Assembly: GCF_000196355.1 (NCBI RefSeq)
Contig: NC_007614.1
Coordinates: 720,001 to 752,000, forward strand
Direction of reading: 5' to 3'
Length of the DNA stretch: 32,000 nt
Origin: Nitrosospira multiformis ATCC 25196
GTDB lineage: Bacteria > Pseudomonadota > Gammaproteobacteria > Burkholderiales > Nitrosomonadaceae
A program made the position numbers and the translations under genes. Positions 18,138-31,244 of the stretch are shown piece after piece. Within the stretch, counting starts at the first letter, position 1, and each line of letters starts with the position of its first letter. The notes below the pieces were generated by a model. It searched no databases. It saw nothing but the letters and a program-made list of their open reading frames with translations, and had not been told where the DNA came from.

Positions 18138-19229
18138 ATGATGAGTATCAGGAGAATTGTCTGGCAGTTGAGCATGTGTGCGGGGATTACGCTTTCGACA
18201 AATGCGTACGCGATTGCATTATTTCAGTCCGAATCCGTCGCGCCTGCTGCCCTGCAATCCGAATATCATGTTTCCTGGGTCAGGAGGGAAGCGGATGATC
18301 CTGAGGGTACAGGGGGACATTCAACGCATCCATCCTGGAACGGGTCGCCGAACTTCCTTCTGCCGTTGGCTTCAGGATATTTCGATATTCTTTCCCCGTT
18401 CGAAAATTTTGCTTCTCCATCGACCGCTTTATATCTCACTCTGCTCAGAGGGGATGAAGCTTTCGGCGTCAATATTGCAGGCTTCACCAATGATGAGGCT
18501 GGGCTGGTAAACATGCTCGCCCTTCCGGATCTGTTCATGCAGGCACAGTGGCAGCCCGCTGAAGGCAACTCACAAACTACACCTTTTACTCCACATTCTA
18601 ATAGCGGCAACATGGCTCGCGCAAGAAATACGCCGCACGCATGCGCGCAACTGCGCGAGGTTCGGAGAAACAGGCTGGAGCTAAGGGATGACGACTGCAT
18701 TGGCTTGGGGGGTGGTTCGGAGGGAAACGGTAATGCGAATAGAAACGGGAGCAAGGCCGGGGGAGGCTCCAATGCCATCATCGCTCGAAATAAAAATGCC
18801 CGCGACAGCAATGCCGGTGATGGCGCCTATACCGGTGGAGGGGGTGGTGGCGGAGGGGGAGCAGGGGGAGGCACTCCAGGTACAGGCGAGAAGGGCAATG
18901 GCGGCATGTCTCCACCAGACAGTAATAACTCTGAGCCGGATAATGGCAGTGAAGGCAATGCAGGCGGAACCGAAGGGGCCGTGTCCAACCACGGTAATGA
19001 GAATGGCGGAACGGGCGAAGGCGGCAATGGGGGAACCGGAGGAGGGGACGGAAGTGGCGGGAATGGTGGTACGGGGAACTGGAACAACCCGGATGAAGGG
19101 GAAGGCCCGCCCCCAAGCGAAGTAACGGAAGTAACGCCCCTTCCTGAACCCGCTACGCTAGCGCTTCTCGCGCTGGGTCTGGCTGCACTGTGCGCCGTGC
19201 GGAGAAATCAGGGCAAGATTGCCGATTGA
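18138..19229 (+). CDS. PEP-CTERM sorting domain-containing exported protein, Gly/Asn-rich
   Basis: Signal-like N-terminus (RIVWQLSMCAGITLSTNAYA), a long G/N/E-rich tract, and the C-terminus PLPEPATLALLALGLAALCAVRRNQGK, a canonical PEP motif, TM helix and basic cluster. Confidence 0.88.
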   Translation: MMSIRRIVWQLSMCAGITLSTNAYAIALFQSESVAPAALQSEYHVSWVRREADDPEGTGGHSTHPSWNGSPNFLLPLASGYFDILSPFENFASPSTALYLTLLRGDEAFGVNIAGFTNDEAGLVNMLALPDLFMQAQWQPAEGNSQTTPFTPHSNSGNMARARNTPHACAQLREVRRNRLELRDDDCIGLGGGSEGNGNANRNGSKAGGGSNAIIARNKNARDSNAGDGAYTGGGGGGGGGAGGGTPGTGEKGNGGMSPPDSNNSEPDNGSEGNAGGTEGAVSNHGNENGGTGEGGNGGTGGGDGSGGNGGTGNWNNPDEGEGPPPSEVTEVTPLPEPATLALLALGLAALCAVRRNQGKIAD

Positions 19230-19574
19230 ATCTGCCCGAATTTATAAAGGAGGTGCATACATTGCGCAGGCGCGATCATTTCGTGTAGGATTTTCCGCGC
19301 TGTCGCCGTGGTTCACCCCTTCTTACCGGGCGTGGAAGCCGAAAAGGTGTCAATCTGCTTTGTGAGTCCAAGTCGAATTCCGATTAGCCGGGATAAAATC
19401 GGCGAGAGCGTTTCTTTCATCATTCAAACCTCATCAGTGCTGGAGGCTTGTCCTCTGTGCAGCTCCCGACGCGCCAGCGATTATTTCATCCGCATGTTTC
19501 AGGTAAATTGCCGGCCGGCATGGGATGGGCGTCATTCGCTGAACAGGGGCTGCATTCGGTGGCGGATGGCAGAC

Positions 19575-19994
19575 TCATCCGCGCGTGGAGGGCTGGCTAT
19601 CGAAATGGAAGAGATCTACGGAGGGCAGGGGAGTCCAACCGGAATGACGGTGCTCTGCAACGACCGTGGTGAAAATGCCGCCACGCACGTAGAATTTTGC
19701 GGTGAGACGTAGATAACGAGGCTGCAGGGCTGTAGCCAAGTCATCGACAATCCGGTTTGTCACCGCTTCGTGGAAAGCGTTCTCGTCACGGAAAGACCAG
19801 ATATAGAGCTTGAGGCTTTTAAGTTCGACGCACTTCTTGTCAGGAATATAATCAAGAATCAGGGTCGCGAAATCGGGCTGGCCGGTTTTGGGGCACAAGC
19901 AGGTAAACTCGGGGATCTCCATATGAATATGGTAGTCCCGTTCCTGAGTAGGATTGGGGAAGGTTTCCAGGTTTTTATCCGGGCGGCTGGGCAT
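19575..19994 (-). CDS. queF: NADPH-dependent 7-cyano-7-deazaguanine (preQ0) reductase
   Basis: 139-aa ORF: [53 protein letters not shown]. It has the QueF Cys and the ELKSLK...FR..FHE signature. Confidence 0.95.
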   Translation of the reverse strand: MPSRPDKNLETFPNPTQERDYHIHMEIPEFTCLCPKTGQPDFATLILDYIPDKKCVELKSLKLYIWSFRDENAFHEAVTNRIVDDLATALQPRYLRLTAKFYVRGGIFTTVVAEHRHSGWTPLPSVDLFHFDSQPSTRG

Positions 19995-20137
19995 TCTCTT
20001 ATCTCTGTCAAAATCGGTTAGAATGAGCTCCCTTGGGAGGCCTCTCCCAGGATGATTCGGAATGTTCCCGAACCGGAAGCTTCATCCAGGAGGCTACCTT
20101 CTGCAGCCGCACATTATAACTGCTTGCAAACGATAAA

Positions 20138-23100
20138 TTGCGTCTCTCCCACATCAAACTCGCCGGTTTCAAATCCTTTGTCGATCCTACGGAAATTCCC
20201 TTTCCAGGGGATCTGGTGGGAGTCGTGGGCCCCAATGGGTGTGGGAAATCCAATGTCATCGATGCTGTCCGCTGGGTTCTGGGGGAATCAAGAGCCTCGG
20301 CGCTACGCGGTGAATCAATGCAGGACGTCATTTTTAACGGCTCCACCACCCGCAAGCCTGTGGGCAGGGCCAGTGTGGAGCTGGCGTTTGACAACAGCCT
20401 TGGCAAGGCAGCGGGGCAATGGTCGAGCTATGCGGAGATTTGCATCAAGCGGGTACTGAGGCGCGACGGAGAATCCACATACTATATCAATAATATTCAC
20501 GTGCGGCGCCGCGATATTGCCGATATTTTTCTTGGCACCGGATTGGGGGGACGGGGCTACGCGATCATCGAGCAGGGAATGATTTCCCGCATCATCGAAG
20601 CCAAGCCGGAGGAGCTTCGTGTATTTCTGGAGGAAGCAGCCGGTATTTCCAAATACCGGGAGCGGCGGCGTGAGACGGAATCGCGCCTGGCGGATACCCG
20701 CGAAAACCTTCTGCGCGTAAACGATATTTGCCAGGAATTGGAAAAGCAATTAGTGCGCCTTGGGCAGCAGGCGGAAACGGCCCGACGGTTCGAGGACTTG
20801 CAGAGTCGGTTGGACAAGGCACAAAATCTACTGTGGTTCGCCCGCAAACAGGAAGCGGCGTCGCAACGGGCACTGGCGGAAAAGGAGATTCAATCGCTGC
20901 AAACCACCCTCGAAGCCGAGGCGGCGGCCTTGCGCAGGGCCGAAAAGCAGCTTGAGGAAAAGCGCGCGGATCATTTTGCGGCGAGCGATCTTTTGCATGA
21001 TGCTCAGGGCGAACTGTATGCAGCCAATGCCGAAGTGGCGTACACTGAGCAGCAGATACAGCACGTGCGGGAAAATTACCAGCGCATCGCGCAGCAGATT
21101 GCCGCAACGAGGCACCAGCTTGAGCACTATGCCACGCAGGCCGATACTTCGGTGGACAGCTTGAATCGCTGGCACGAAGAGTACAAACAGGCGCGATCGG
21201 ACAGCGAGGCGAGCAAACAGAAAGCCACGGTGGAGAATGAGAAATTGCCGCTGGCAGAGGCTGCTTTTCGCACGCGCCAGGAAAAGCTTGCCGAGGTACA
21301 GCGTGACCTGCTGCTGGCGGAGCAGTCGGAGCAGCTCGAGAAGAGTCATCGCGACCATGCCGAAAAGGCGCTTCAGCAGCTCGAAATGCGCCGCAAGCGA
21401 TTGCTGGTAGAGTACGCCGCCTTGCCTGAATCAAAGGTCGAGGAGTTATCGGAGCTGACCCGCGAGGCGGAAGCGACTGCTCACGATCTGAAACAAAAGC
21501 AGGAGGAGTTTGCGCAAACAGAAAATCTGCTGCTTGACGCCGAGGAAGTCAAACGCGAGTTTGCGCGCAACGTACAGGCACTGGAGCAGCAGGTTGTGCA
21601 GGCTGAAGCGCGGCTGAGCGCGCTGCAGCGTCTGCAGGGACGTCTTGAAAGCAGTGAAGGACTGAACACGTGGTTTGCAAGGCATCGGCTCGATTCTTTG
21701 CCGCGGCTGTGGCAAGGCATACAGATAGAAAAGGGGTGGGAAGACGCGCTTGAAGCTGTCCTGCGCGAACGTTTGAACGGTACACGCGTGGGGCAGTTGG
21801 AGGTGGCGCTTGAGTGGGCCAATCCTCCGCCGGGGAAGTGTGCGCTGTTCGAGCCGGCAGAGATGAAGCTGCAAAAGACTACGAAGGCTGGAAAGATAGC
21901 AGGGGCTGAAGGGGGGGGCGGCAAACCTCCCAGAGATGGGGAAGCAGGAGTCGCATTGCGGTCCTATCTGACCTGCAGCGATACGAGCGTAAAATCTGTA
22001 GTGGATGAATGGCTGAGCGGTATATTTGCGATTGATAGCCTTGAAGCAGGGCTCTCGCGGCGCAACCTGCTCTCGCCCGGTGAAATGCTGGTGACACGGG
22101 AAGGTTGCGTGGTTACCTCTCATAGCCTCACCTTTTACTCCCCTGACTCGCAGTTGCATGGCGTGCTGGCACGGCAGCGGGAGATCGGGCAGATTGAAGT
22201 GGAAATGGAAGCGTTGAGAGCGAAGCTCGACATCGAGCAGTCCGCGCTCGATACCGCAGGAGACACCTGTTACGATCTGGAGTCATCCCTGTCCAGTCTG
22301 CGCCATGAGAATGAACAGCTTCAGCAATTGCACCATAATGTGCAGATGCAGGCATTGAAGCTGACACAGACGGTCGAACGCAGCGAGCAGAGGCGCAAAC
22401 AGATCGACAGCGATCTGGCGGAAATCGAGCAGCATGCAGAGGCAGAGGCTTCCCGTCAGTGCAGTGCCGAAGCAAGACTTGCCGAGCATGGCGTGCGGAT
22501 CAAATTCCTGCAGGAGCAGGTAAGAACGGAACAGCTCGCGCGAGATACCGCTGAAGAATCGCTCACCGGTCAACGCCGTCTGGCTCAGAATGCATCCAGG
22601 GAGATGCAGGAGGCTATCTTTCACGAAAAAACCTGCGAGCATAAAATTGCTGAAGCGGAAAATGCCATCGAGGGAATCGAACGGAGCGTGGGTGAACTCA
22701 AAGCTCACCTGGAAAAATTGCAAGTCGAGCAAGACAGTTTCGATGAAGGCGAACTGGTTGGAGTGCTGGAGGAACGGCTGACGTTGCGTGAGCAGCGTGA
22801 ACAGAAACTGGCGGAGGCGCGTAACGCCCTCGAAGCCCTGGCTACGGAATTGCGGCAGATAGAGCAGGAGCGAATGGCTTCCGAACAAAAACTGCATCCG
22901 TTGCGGGAGGCTATCAACCATATGCGTCTCAAGGAGCAGGAGGCGCGAATTACCGAGAATCAGTTTGGCGAACAACTGCAGGGATGTGAAATCCCTGAAG
23001 AAGAACTGATAAACTCTCTGGGAAAGACACGTCCCGCCGCATTGCAGAGCGAGGTGAACCGGTTGCGTGGCGACATTACCGCGTTGGGGCCGGTCAATAC

Positions 23101-23710
23101 CGCCGCGCTCGAAGAATTGGAGTCTTGCCAGACTCGAAAGACCTATCTCGATTCACAGGCGCGGGACCTCGAAGAGGCGTCGGAAACACTCAGGAATGCA
23201 ATACGGCGCATAGATCGTGAAACCCGCGAGCGACTGCTCGAAACGGTCGAGAAGGTCAATGCTCATCTGGGCGACATGTTCCCCACCATATTCGGGGGCG
23301 GACATGCGAAGCTGATGCTGAGGGGTGAAGAAATTCTGGATGCGGGCGTACAGATTGTCGCTCAACCGCCTGGCAAGAAAAACAGTTCGATTCATTTGTT
23401 ATCCGGCGGCGAAAAGGCGCTGACTGCGCTGGCGTTTGTATTCTCTCTATTTCAACTCAATCCGGCGCCCTTTTGCATGCTGGATGAGGTGGACGCTCCC
23501 CTGGACGACAGCAATACCGAACGTTTCTGCAATCTTGTGCGGAAGATGTCGCGTCAAACCCAGTTTGTATTTATCAGTCATAACAAAATTGCCATGGAAA
23601 TGGCGCAGCAATTAATAGGGGTTACCATGCAGGAGAAAGGGGTGTCGCGCGTGGTGGCGGTAGAAATCGAAGAGGCTGTAAGACTGGGCGATACAGCCTT
23701 GGCTACGTGA
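20138..23710 (+). CDS. smc: chromosome segregation protein SMC
   Basis: 1190-aa ORF, TTG start. Walker A GPNGCGKSNVIDAVRWVLGE, long coiled coils, hinge, LLSGGEKALTALAFVFSLF and CMLDEVDAPLDDSNTERF. Confidence 0.97.
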   Translation: MRLSHIKLAGFKSFVDPTEIPFPGDLVGVVGPNGCGKSNVIDAVRWVLGESRASALRGESMQDVIFNGSTTRKPVGRASVELAFDNSLGKAAGQWSSYAEICIKRVLRRDGESTYYINNIHVRRRDIADIFLGTGLGGRGYAIIEQGMISRIIEAKPEELRVFLEEAAGISKYRERRRETESRLADTRENLLRVNDICQELEKQLVRLGQQAETARRFEDLQSRLDKAQNLLWFARKQEAASQRALAEKEIQSLQTTLEAEAAALRRAEKQLEEKRADHFAASDLLHDAQGELYAANAEVAYTEQQIQHVRENYQRIAQQIAATRHQLEHYATQADTSVDSLNRWHEEYKQARSDSEASKQKATVENEKLPLAEAAFRTRQEKLAEVQRDLLLAEQSEQLEKSHRDHAEKALQQLEMRRKRLLVEYAALPESKVEELSELTREAEATAHDLKQKQEEFAQTENLLLDAEEVKREFARNVQALEQQVVQAEARLSALQRLQGRLESSEGLNTWFARHRLDSLPRLWQGIQIEKGWEDALEAVLRERLNGTRVGQLEVALEWANPPPGKCALFEPAEMKLQKTTKAGKIAGAEGGGGKPPRDGEAGVALRSYLTCSDTSVKSVVDEWLSGIFAIDSLEAGLSRRNLLSPGEMLVTREGCVVTSHSLTFYSPDSQLHGVLARQREIGQIEVEMEALRAKLDIEQSALDTAGDTCYDLESSLSSLRHENEQLQQLHHNVQMQALKLTQTVERSEQRRKQIDSDLAEIEQHAEAEASRQCSAEARLAEHGVRIKFLQEQVRTEQLARDTAEESLTGQRRLAQNASREMQEAIFHEKTCEHKIAEAENAIEGIERSVGELKAHLEKLQVEQDSFDEGELVGVLEERLTLREQREQKLAEARNALEALATELRQIEQERMASEQKLHPLREAINHMRLKEQEARITENQFGEQLQGCEIPEEELINSLGKTRPAALQSEVNRLRGDITALGPVNTAALEELESCQTRKTYLDSQARDLEEASETLRNAIRRIDRETRERLLETVEKVNAHLGDMFPTIFGGGHAKLMLRGEEILDAGVQIVAQPPGKKNSSIHLLSGGEKALTALAFVFSLFQLNPAPFCMLDEVDAPLDDSNTERFCNLVRKMSRQTQFVFISHNKIAMEMAQQLIGVTMQEKGVSRVVAVEIEEAVRLGDTALAT

Positions 23711-23717
23711 AGCGACC

Positions 23718-27162
<3,445 letters not shown>

Positions 27163-27163
<1 letters not shown>

Positions 27164-28047
27164 TGCCGAAAATACGTAAAGCAGTTTTTCCGGTGGCAGG
27201 AATGGGCACCCGTTTTCTCCCTGCTACGAAGGCAAATCCCAAGGAAATGATGCCTGTTGTAGATAAACCGTTGATTCAGTACGCGGTTGAGGAGGCGATC
27301 GCAGCGGGTATCACGGAGATGATTTTCATAACGGGCCGTCACAAGCGCGCCATTGAAGACCATTTCGACAAAGCGTACGAAATAGAAAACGAGTTGGAGG
27401 CCCGTGGCAAAAATGAAACGCTGGAAATGTTGCGCAGCATCCTGCCCAAAAACATTCATTGCATTTACATCCGCCAATCGGAAGCACTCGGGTTAGGGCA
27501 CGCTATCCTTTGCGCGCGTCCCGCGGTAGGAAATGATCCTTTTGCCGTGCTGCTGGCAGATGACCTGCTCGTAGGCGATGAGCCGATCATGCGGCAGTTG
27601 GGCAAGGTGTACGAGGAGAACGGCTGCTCCATACTGGCCGTACAGAATGTCGAGCCTGAAGATACTCTCAATTATGGCATTGTGAAATGCGGGCCCGGGA
27701 TGAACGGCTTGCATCCCATTACCGGCATCGTGGAAAAACCTGCCCCGGAGAATGCTCCCTCTAGATTGGGCGTCGTCGGACGTTATATTTTGACCCCGAA
27801 AATCTTCGAGCACCTGGAAAGGGTTCAACCTGGGGCCGGAGGGGAAATTCAGCTGACCGATGGAATCGCTTCGCTTTTGCGGGAAGAGCGGGCGCTGGCC
27901 TATGAATTCCACGGAACGCGTTACGATTGCGGGAGCAAGATAGGATACCTCAAGGCAACGATTGCGCTGGCGCTCCAGCATCCGGAGGTCGGGCGTGAGT
28001 TTGCGGCGTATCTCGACGCCAGATGCAGTGGGCATACCAGCGTCTAG
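27163..28047 (+). CDS. galU: UTP--glucose-1-phosphate uridylyltransferase
   Basis: 294-aa ORF: [60 protein letters not shown]. Confidence 0.97.
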
Positions 28048-28109
28048 CCATCTATCCGCTGCCGATCGATTTTTCCTGCTCCTTATTCTTCATCAGGTTA
28101 CCCGTGCCG

Positions 28110-28655
28110 ATGCTCCCATACCAGGATGCGCAGAAAATTCTGAGAGAAGCAGAGCAGATATTTCCGGCCGAGGTCGTAGTGGAAACCGTCAGGCGTATGG
28201 CAGCCGATATTACGGCTACCCTGGCACATCGTTATCCCCTGGTGCTCAGCATCATGGGGGGTGCCGTCGTGTTTACCGGGCAACTGCTTCCCCTGCTGCA
28301 ATTCCCGCTCAATTTCGACTATCTTCATGTCAGCCGTTACGCTGAGAAGATGCACGGGGGCAGGATCGACTGGAAAGCTTCACCGGGCGAGAATGTGCAA
28401 GACCGGGTCGTACTGGTGGTGGATGATATCCTTGACCAGGGGATCACGCTTGCTGCCATCCGTGAGTGGGTGATGAGCCAAGGCGCAGCAGCATTTTATA
28501 GCGCCGTTTTTGCCGAAAAGGATATTCCTGGTCCCAAGCCGATCAGTGCGGATTTTGTGGGTCTTGTTGTTCCCAACCGCTACGTCTTTGGCTTCGGCAT
28601 GGATATCTATGGGGCATGGCGAAATTTGCCCGCCATCTATGCCTTGAAAGAGTGA
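28110..28655 (+). CDS. hypoxanthine-guanine phosphoribosyltransferase family protein
   Basis: RVVLVVDDILDQGITLAAI is the PRPP-binding motif, with LSIMGGAVVFTGQLL. Start is uncertain: the ORF opens at 28023, and MLPYQDAQKIL at 28110 avoids overlap with galU. Confidence 0.85.
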   Translation: MLPYQDAQKILREAEQIFPAEVVVETVRRMAADITATLAHRYPLVLSIMGGAVVFTGQLLPLLQFPLNFDYLHVSRYAEKMHGGRIDWKASPGENVQDRVVLVVDDILDQGITLAAIREWVMSQGAAAFYSAVFAEKDIPGPKPISADFVGLVVPNRYVFGFGMDIYGAWRNLPAIYALKE

Positions 28656-28671
28656 GGTAAAATCCAGAAAT

Positions 28672-29418
28672 ATGCTTGCAATTATTGGCGGGACCGGAAT
28701 GGCCCAGCTCGAGTGCCTTGAAATTTCCCATCAGAAAGTTGTAACGACTCCTTATGGGGAACCATCAGGCCCTCTGACTTTTGGCAAGATACGTAACAAT
28801 ACCGTCGTTTTTCTGGCGCGTCATGGATACGGCCATACGATTCCTCCCCACGAGGTGAATTACCGCGCCAACTTGTGGGCATTGCAGTCGGTTAATCTGA
28901 CGAGGGTGATAGCGGTTGCTTCGGTAGGTGGAATCCGTGCTGATCTCGCACCGGGCACGGTAGTGATTCCCGACCAGATCATCGACTATACCTACGGTCG
29001 CAAGTATACCTATTACGATGGCAAGGACCGGTCAGTGACCTACATCGATTTCACCGAGCCATACTGTCCTTTGACTCGCAAGCGTCTCCTGGAAGCAGCG
29101 GGACGTGCCGGCGAAAAGGTGCTTGACGGAGGGGTGTATGGCGCGACCCAGGGGCCACGGCTTGAAACTGCGGCGGAAGTCAACCGGCTGGAGCGGGATG
29201 GGGTTGACATGGTTGGAATGACTGGTATGCCTGAGGCCGCCCTCGCCAAGGAGCTGGGGCTATGCTACGCAACCCTGGCAGTAGTCGCAAATTATGCGGC
29301 CGGCCGTAAAAGCAGTGCCCATCTCATCCGTCTGGATGAGGCGCATGGCGTTCTGGAAAAAACGATGGTCAGGGTCAGAAATATTCTCGAATGGGTGGTA
29401 ACGCTCGATGCCGATTAA
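28672..29418 (+). CDS. S-methyl-5'-thioinosine / S-methyl-5'-thioadenosine phosphorylase
   Basis: [81 protein letters not shown] are PNP/MTAP family motifs. Confidence 0.9.
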   Translation: MLAIIGGTGMAQLECLEISHQKVVTTPYGEPSGPLTFGKIRNNTVVFLARHGYGHTIPPHEVNYRANLWALQSVNLTRVIAVASVGGIRADLAPGTVVIPDQIIDYTYGRKYTYYDGKDRSVTYIDFTEPYCPLTRKRLLEAAGRAGEKVLDGGVYGATQGPRLETAAEVNRLERDGVDMVGMTGMPEAALAKELGLCYATLAVVANYAAGRKSSAHLIRLDEAHGVLEKTMVRVRNILEWVVTLDAD

Positions 29419-29941
29419 ACCTGTCCTCAAAATGGGAGATCCCCGCCTACTGGAAGTGGCTCGGAAGGTGGAGAATTTCAGCACGCCCGAATTCGGAGCA
29501 TTGCTTCGAGACATGCATGATACGATGGAGGCATTGGAGGGCGCCGGCTTGGCTGCGCCGCAGATCGGGATCGATCTGCAGGTTGTCATTTTCGGGGTGA
29601 AGCGTAATTTGCGCTATCCGGATGCGGAGGAGGTACCCTACACGGTATTGGTAAATCCGGTACTGACCCCTCTCACGGAATATATGGAGCAGGATTGGGA
29701 AGGTTGCCTGAGCGTTCCCGGCATGCGCGGGATGGTTCCCCGATATGCCAGAATACGTTACGAGGGTTCGGATCAATATGGTAATCGCATAGACCGGACG
29801 GTGGAGGGGTTTCACGCCCGGGTGGTGCAACACGAATGCGATCACTTGCAGGGAATTCTCTATCCGATGCGTATTACCGATTTTCGCACGTTCGGTTTTA
29901 CCGATGTGCTGTTCCCGGACAGACCACCCTTGGCCGAGTAG
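29408..29941 (+). CDS. def: peptide deformylase
   Basis: All three deformylase motifs: [27 protein letters not shown]. Confidence 0.96.
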   Translation: MPIKPVLKMGDPRLLEVARKVENFSTPEFGALLRDMHDTMEALEGAGLAAPQIGIDLQVVIFGVKRNLRYPDAEEVPYTVLVNPVLTPLTEYMEQDWEGCLSVPGMRGMVPRYARIRYEGSDQYGNRIDRTVEGFHARVVQHECDHLQGILYPMRITDFRTFGFTDVLFPDRPPLAE

Positions 29942-29995
29942 CAGTTTTCCAAACGACGGAAAGGGAAACGAACAGAACTTCCTACGGTTCTTATT

Positions 29996-30583
29996 TTATC
30001 CGGTGCGGGATGAGATCGTCAGTTGCTGTGCCAGTGATTGAGCCAGATGCCGGGGGCTTCGCTTCCCGCTCTCAACTACGATATGGGCCGTCTCCCGATA
30101 TAAGGGGTCACGCTGCACAAACAGTTCAGCCAGTCGTGCGCGCGGGTCGGAAGTTTGCAGCAGCGGACGGTTCTTGTCATGCCGGGTGCGGCGCCACAGG
30201 TCGTCGATGGACGCTCGCAGATATATCACCGTGCCGCCGTGCTTCAGCATTGCCCGGTTTACTCCACTCAATACGGCTCCGCCTCCCGTTGCCAGAATGA
30301 TATTCCTTGCATTCATGAGTTCGGACAGTATCTCGGTTTCGCGCCTGCGAAAGCCTTCTTCTCCTTCGATCTCGAAGATCGTGGGAATACTGACACCCGT
30401 TCGTTTCTGTATTTCCCGATCCGAATCGTAAAAGGTTTTTTCCAGAAAATGGGAGAGGAGCCTGCCCACCGTCGTTTTTCCGGCCCCCATCATCCCGACC
30501 AGAAAGATGTTTCCGGTGGCTGCGCGATCGCCAGCCTCCCCTTTCACATCAACTGCGGGAGCAACTGCATCTGTTGAAATCAT
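29996..30583 (-). CDS. aroK: shikimate kinase
   Basis: IFLVGMMGAGKTTVGRLLSHFLEKTFYDSDREIQKRTGVSIPTIFEIEGEEGFRRRETEIL...GGGAV. The N-terminus may start downstream of 30583. Confidence 0.95.
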   Translation of the reverse strand: MISTDAVAPAVDVKGEAGDRAATGNIFLVGMMGAGKTTVGRLLSHFLEKTFYDSDREIQKRTGVSIPTIFEIEGEEGFRRRETEILSELMNARNIILATGGGAVLSGVNRAMLKHGGTVIYLRASIDDLWRRTRHDKNRPLLQTSDPRARLAELFVQRDPLYRETAHIVVESGKRSPRHLAQSLAQQLTISSRTG

Positions 30584-30683
30584 TGGGAGAATTGTAGCGG
30601 AAATATAAGTATTGCACCTATTCCACTACCCGAGTTTTCAGTACTCCGGCCGATTCTTCACAGGAATATCAAAAGGCCGCTAC

Positions 30684-30974
30684 TCATTTCTCCTCTATAG
30701 GGGGCGCTTTGGTAAACTCATTCCTGTTCAGCCTGCCATCGCGGTCGATATCAAGACTGTGGAAAACCTGGGGAGACATTTTCTGCACCGCGGCTTCCTT
30801 CATGGTTATGTACCCATCCTCGTCGGCGTCGTACAGTTCCCAGGGGGGCATGATAACCTCACGCGCATCCGGTTTCCTTCCCGGCGGGGCTTCCGCGAGA
30901 ACCAGCGCCGGAAGGGCGAAAGCGACGATGATCAACGAAATGCCAAGGCTTCCTGATACGTGGCGATTTTTCAA
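30684..30974 (-). CDS. small exported protein with two EF-hand calcium-binding loops
   Basis: Signal peptide (LGISLIIVAFALPALVLAEA), then two canonical 12-residue loops, DADEDGYITMKE and DIDRDGRLNRNE. Confidence 0.8.
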   Translation of the reverse strand: MKNRHVSGSLGISLIIVAFALPALVLAEAPPGRKPDAREVIMPPWELYDADEDGYITMKEAAVQKMSPQVFHSLDIDRDGRLNRNEFTKAPPIEEK

Positions 30975-31071
30975 ATCAGCTCCACTGGTTGCGGTTGGAG
31001 TTGCGGTTGCATGTAGGGAGGGGGCGGAGGAAGAAAAAACTCCCCCCGGCCGTATGGATCGGATTCCTCAC

Positions 31072-31152
31072 CTAATTCATCAGAAAGTAAACGATGATTA
31101 AAACAAACGCGGGTACACCCAGAAGCCAGGCGATAAAATATTTTCCCATCAT
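31072..31152 (-). CDS. candidate 26-aa hydrophobic micro-protein
   Basis: Minus-strand translation: MMGKYFIAWLLGVPAFVLIIVYFLMN*. GGGAGA Shine-Dalgarno-like sequence immediately upstream (ctcgggagaattATGATG). Below the ORF-track length cut-off. Confidence 0.6.
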   Translation of the reverse strand: MMGKYFIAWLLGVPAFVLIIVYFLMN

Positions 31153-31244
31153 AATTCTCCCGAGAAAATTGGAAAACCTTTCTCCATGAACAATTTTTTC
31201 CTGTGCTTTTTAAGTCTGGTGCTTTTATTACTCCTGCATTCCAG

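Noticed and set aside
17644-18141. 165-aa plus-strand ORF overlapping the SMR remnant
   Set aside because: It reads a wrong frame of the SMR pseudogene. The translation is Arg/Ser/Cys-rich with no family signature.
18266-19125. Several overlapping ORFs (18266..18811 -, 18681..18992 -, 18688..19125 +, 18778..19116 -, 18827..19087 -) in the PEP-CTERM gene
   Set aside because: They are by-products of the low-complexity glycine-rich tract. Only the 18138..19229 frame has a signal peptide and PEP-CTERM tail.
20592-21434. 280-aa minus-strand ORF antisense to smc
   Set aside because: Arg/Pro/Ala-rich translation typical of antisense to a coiled-coil gene.
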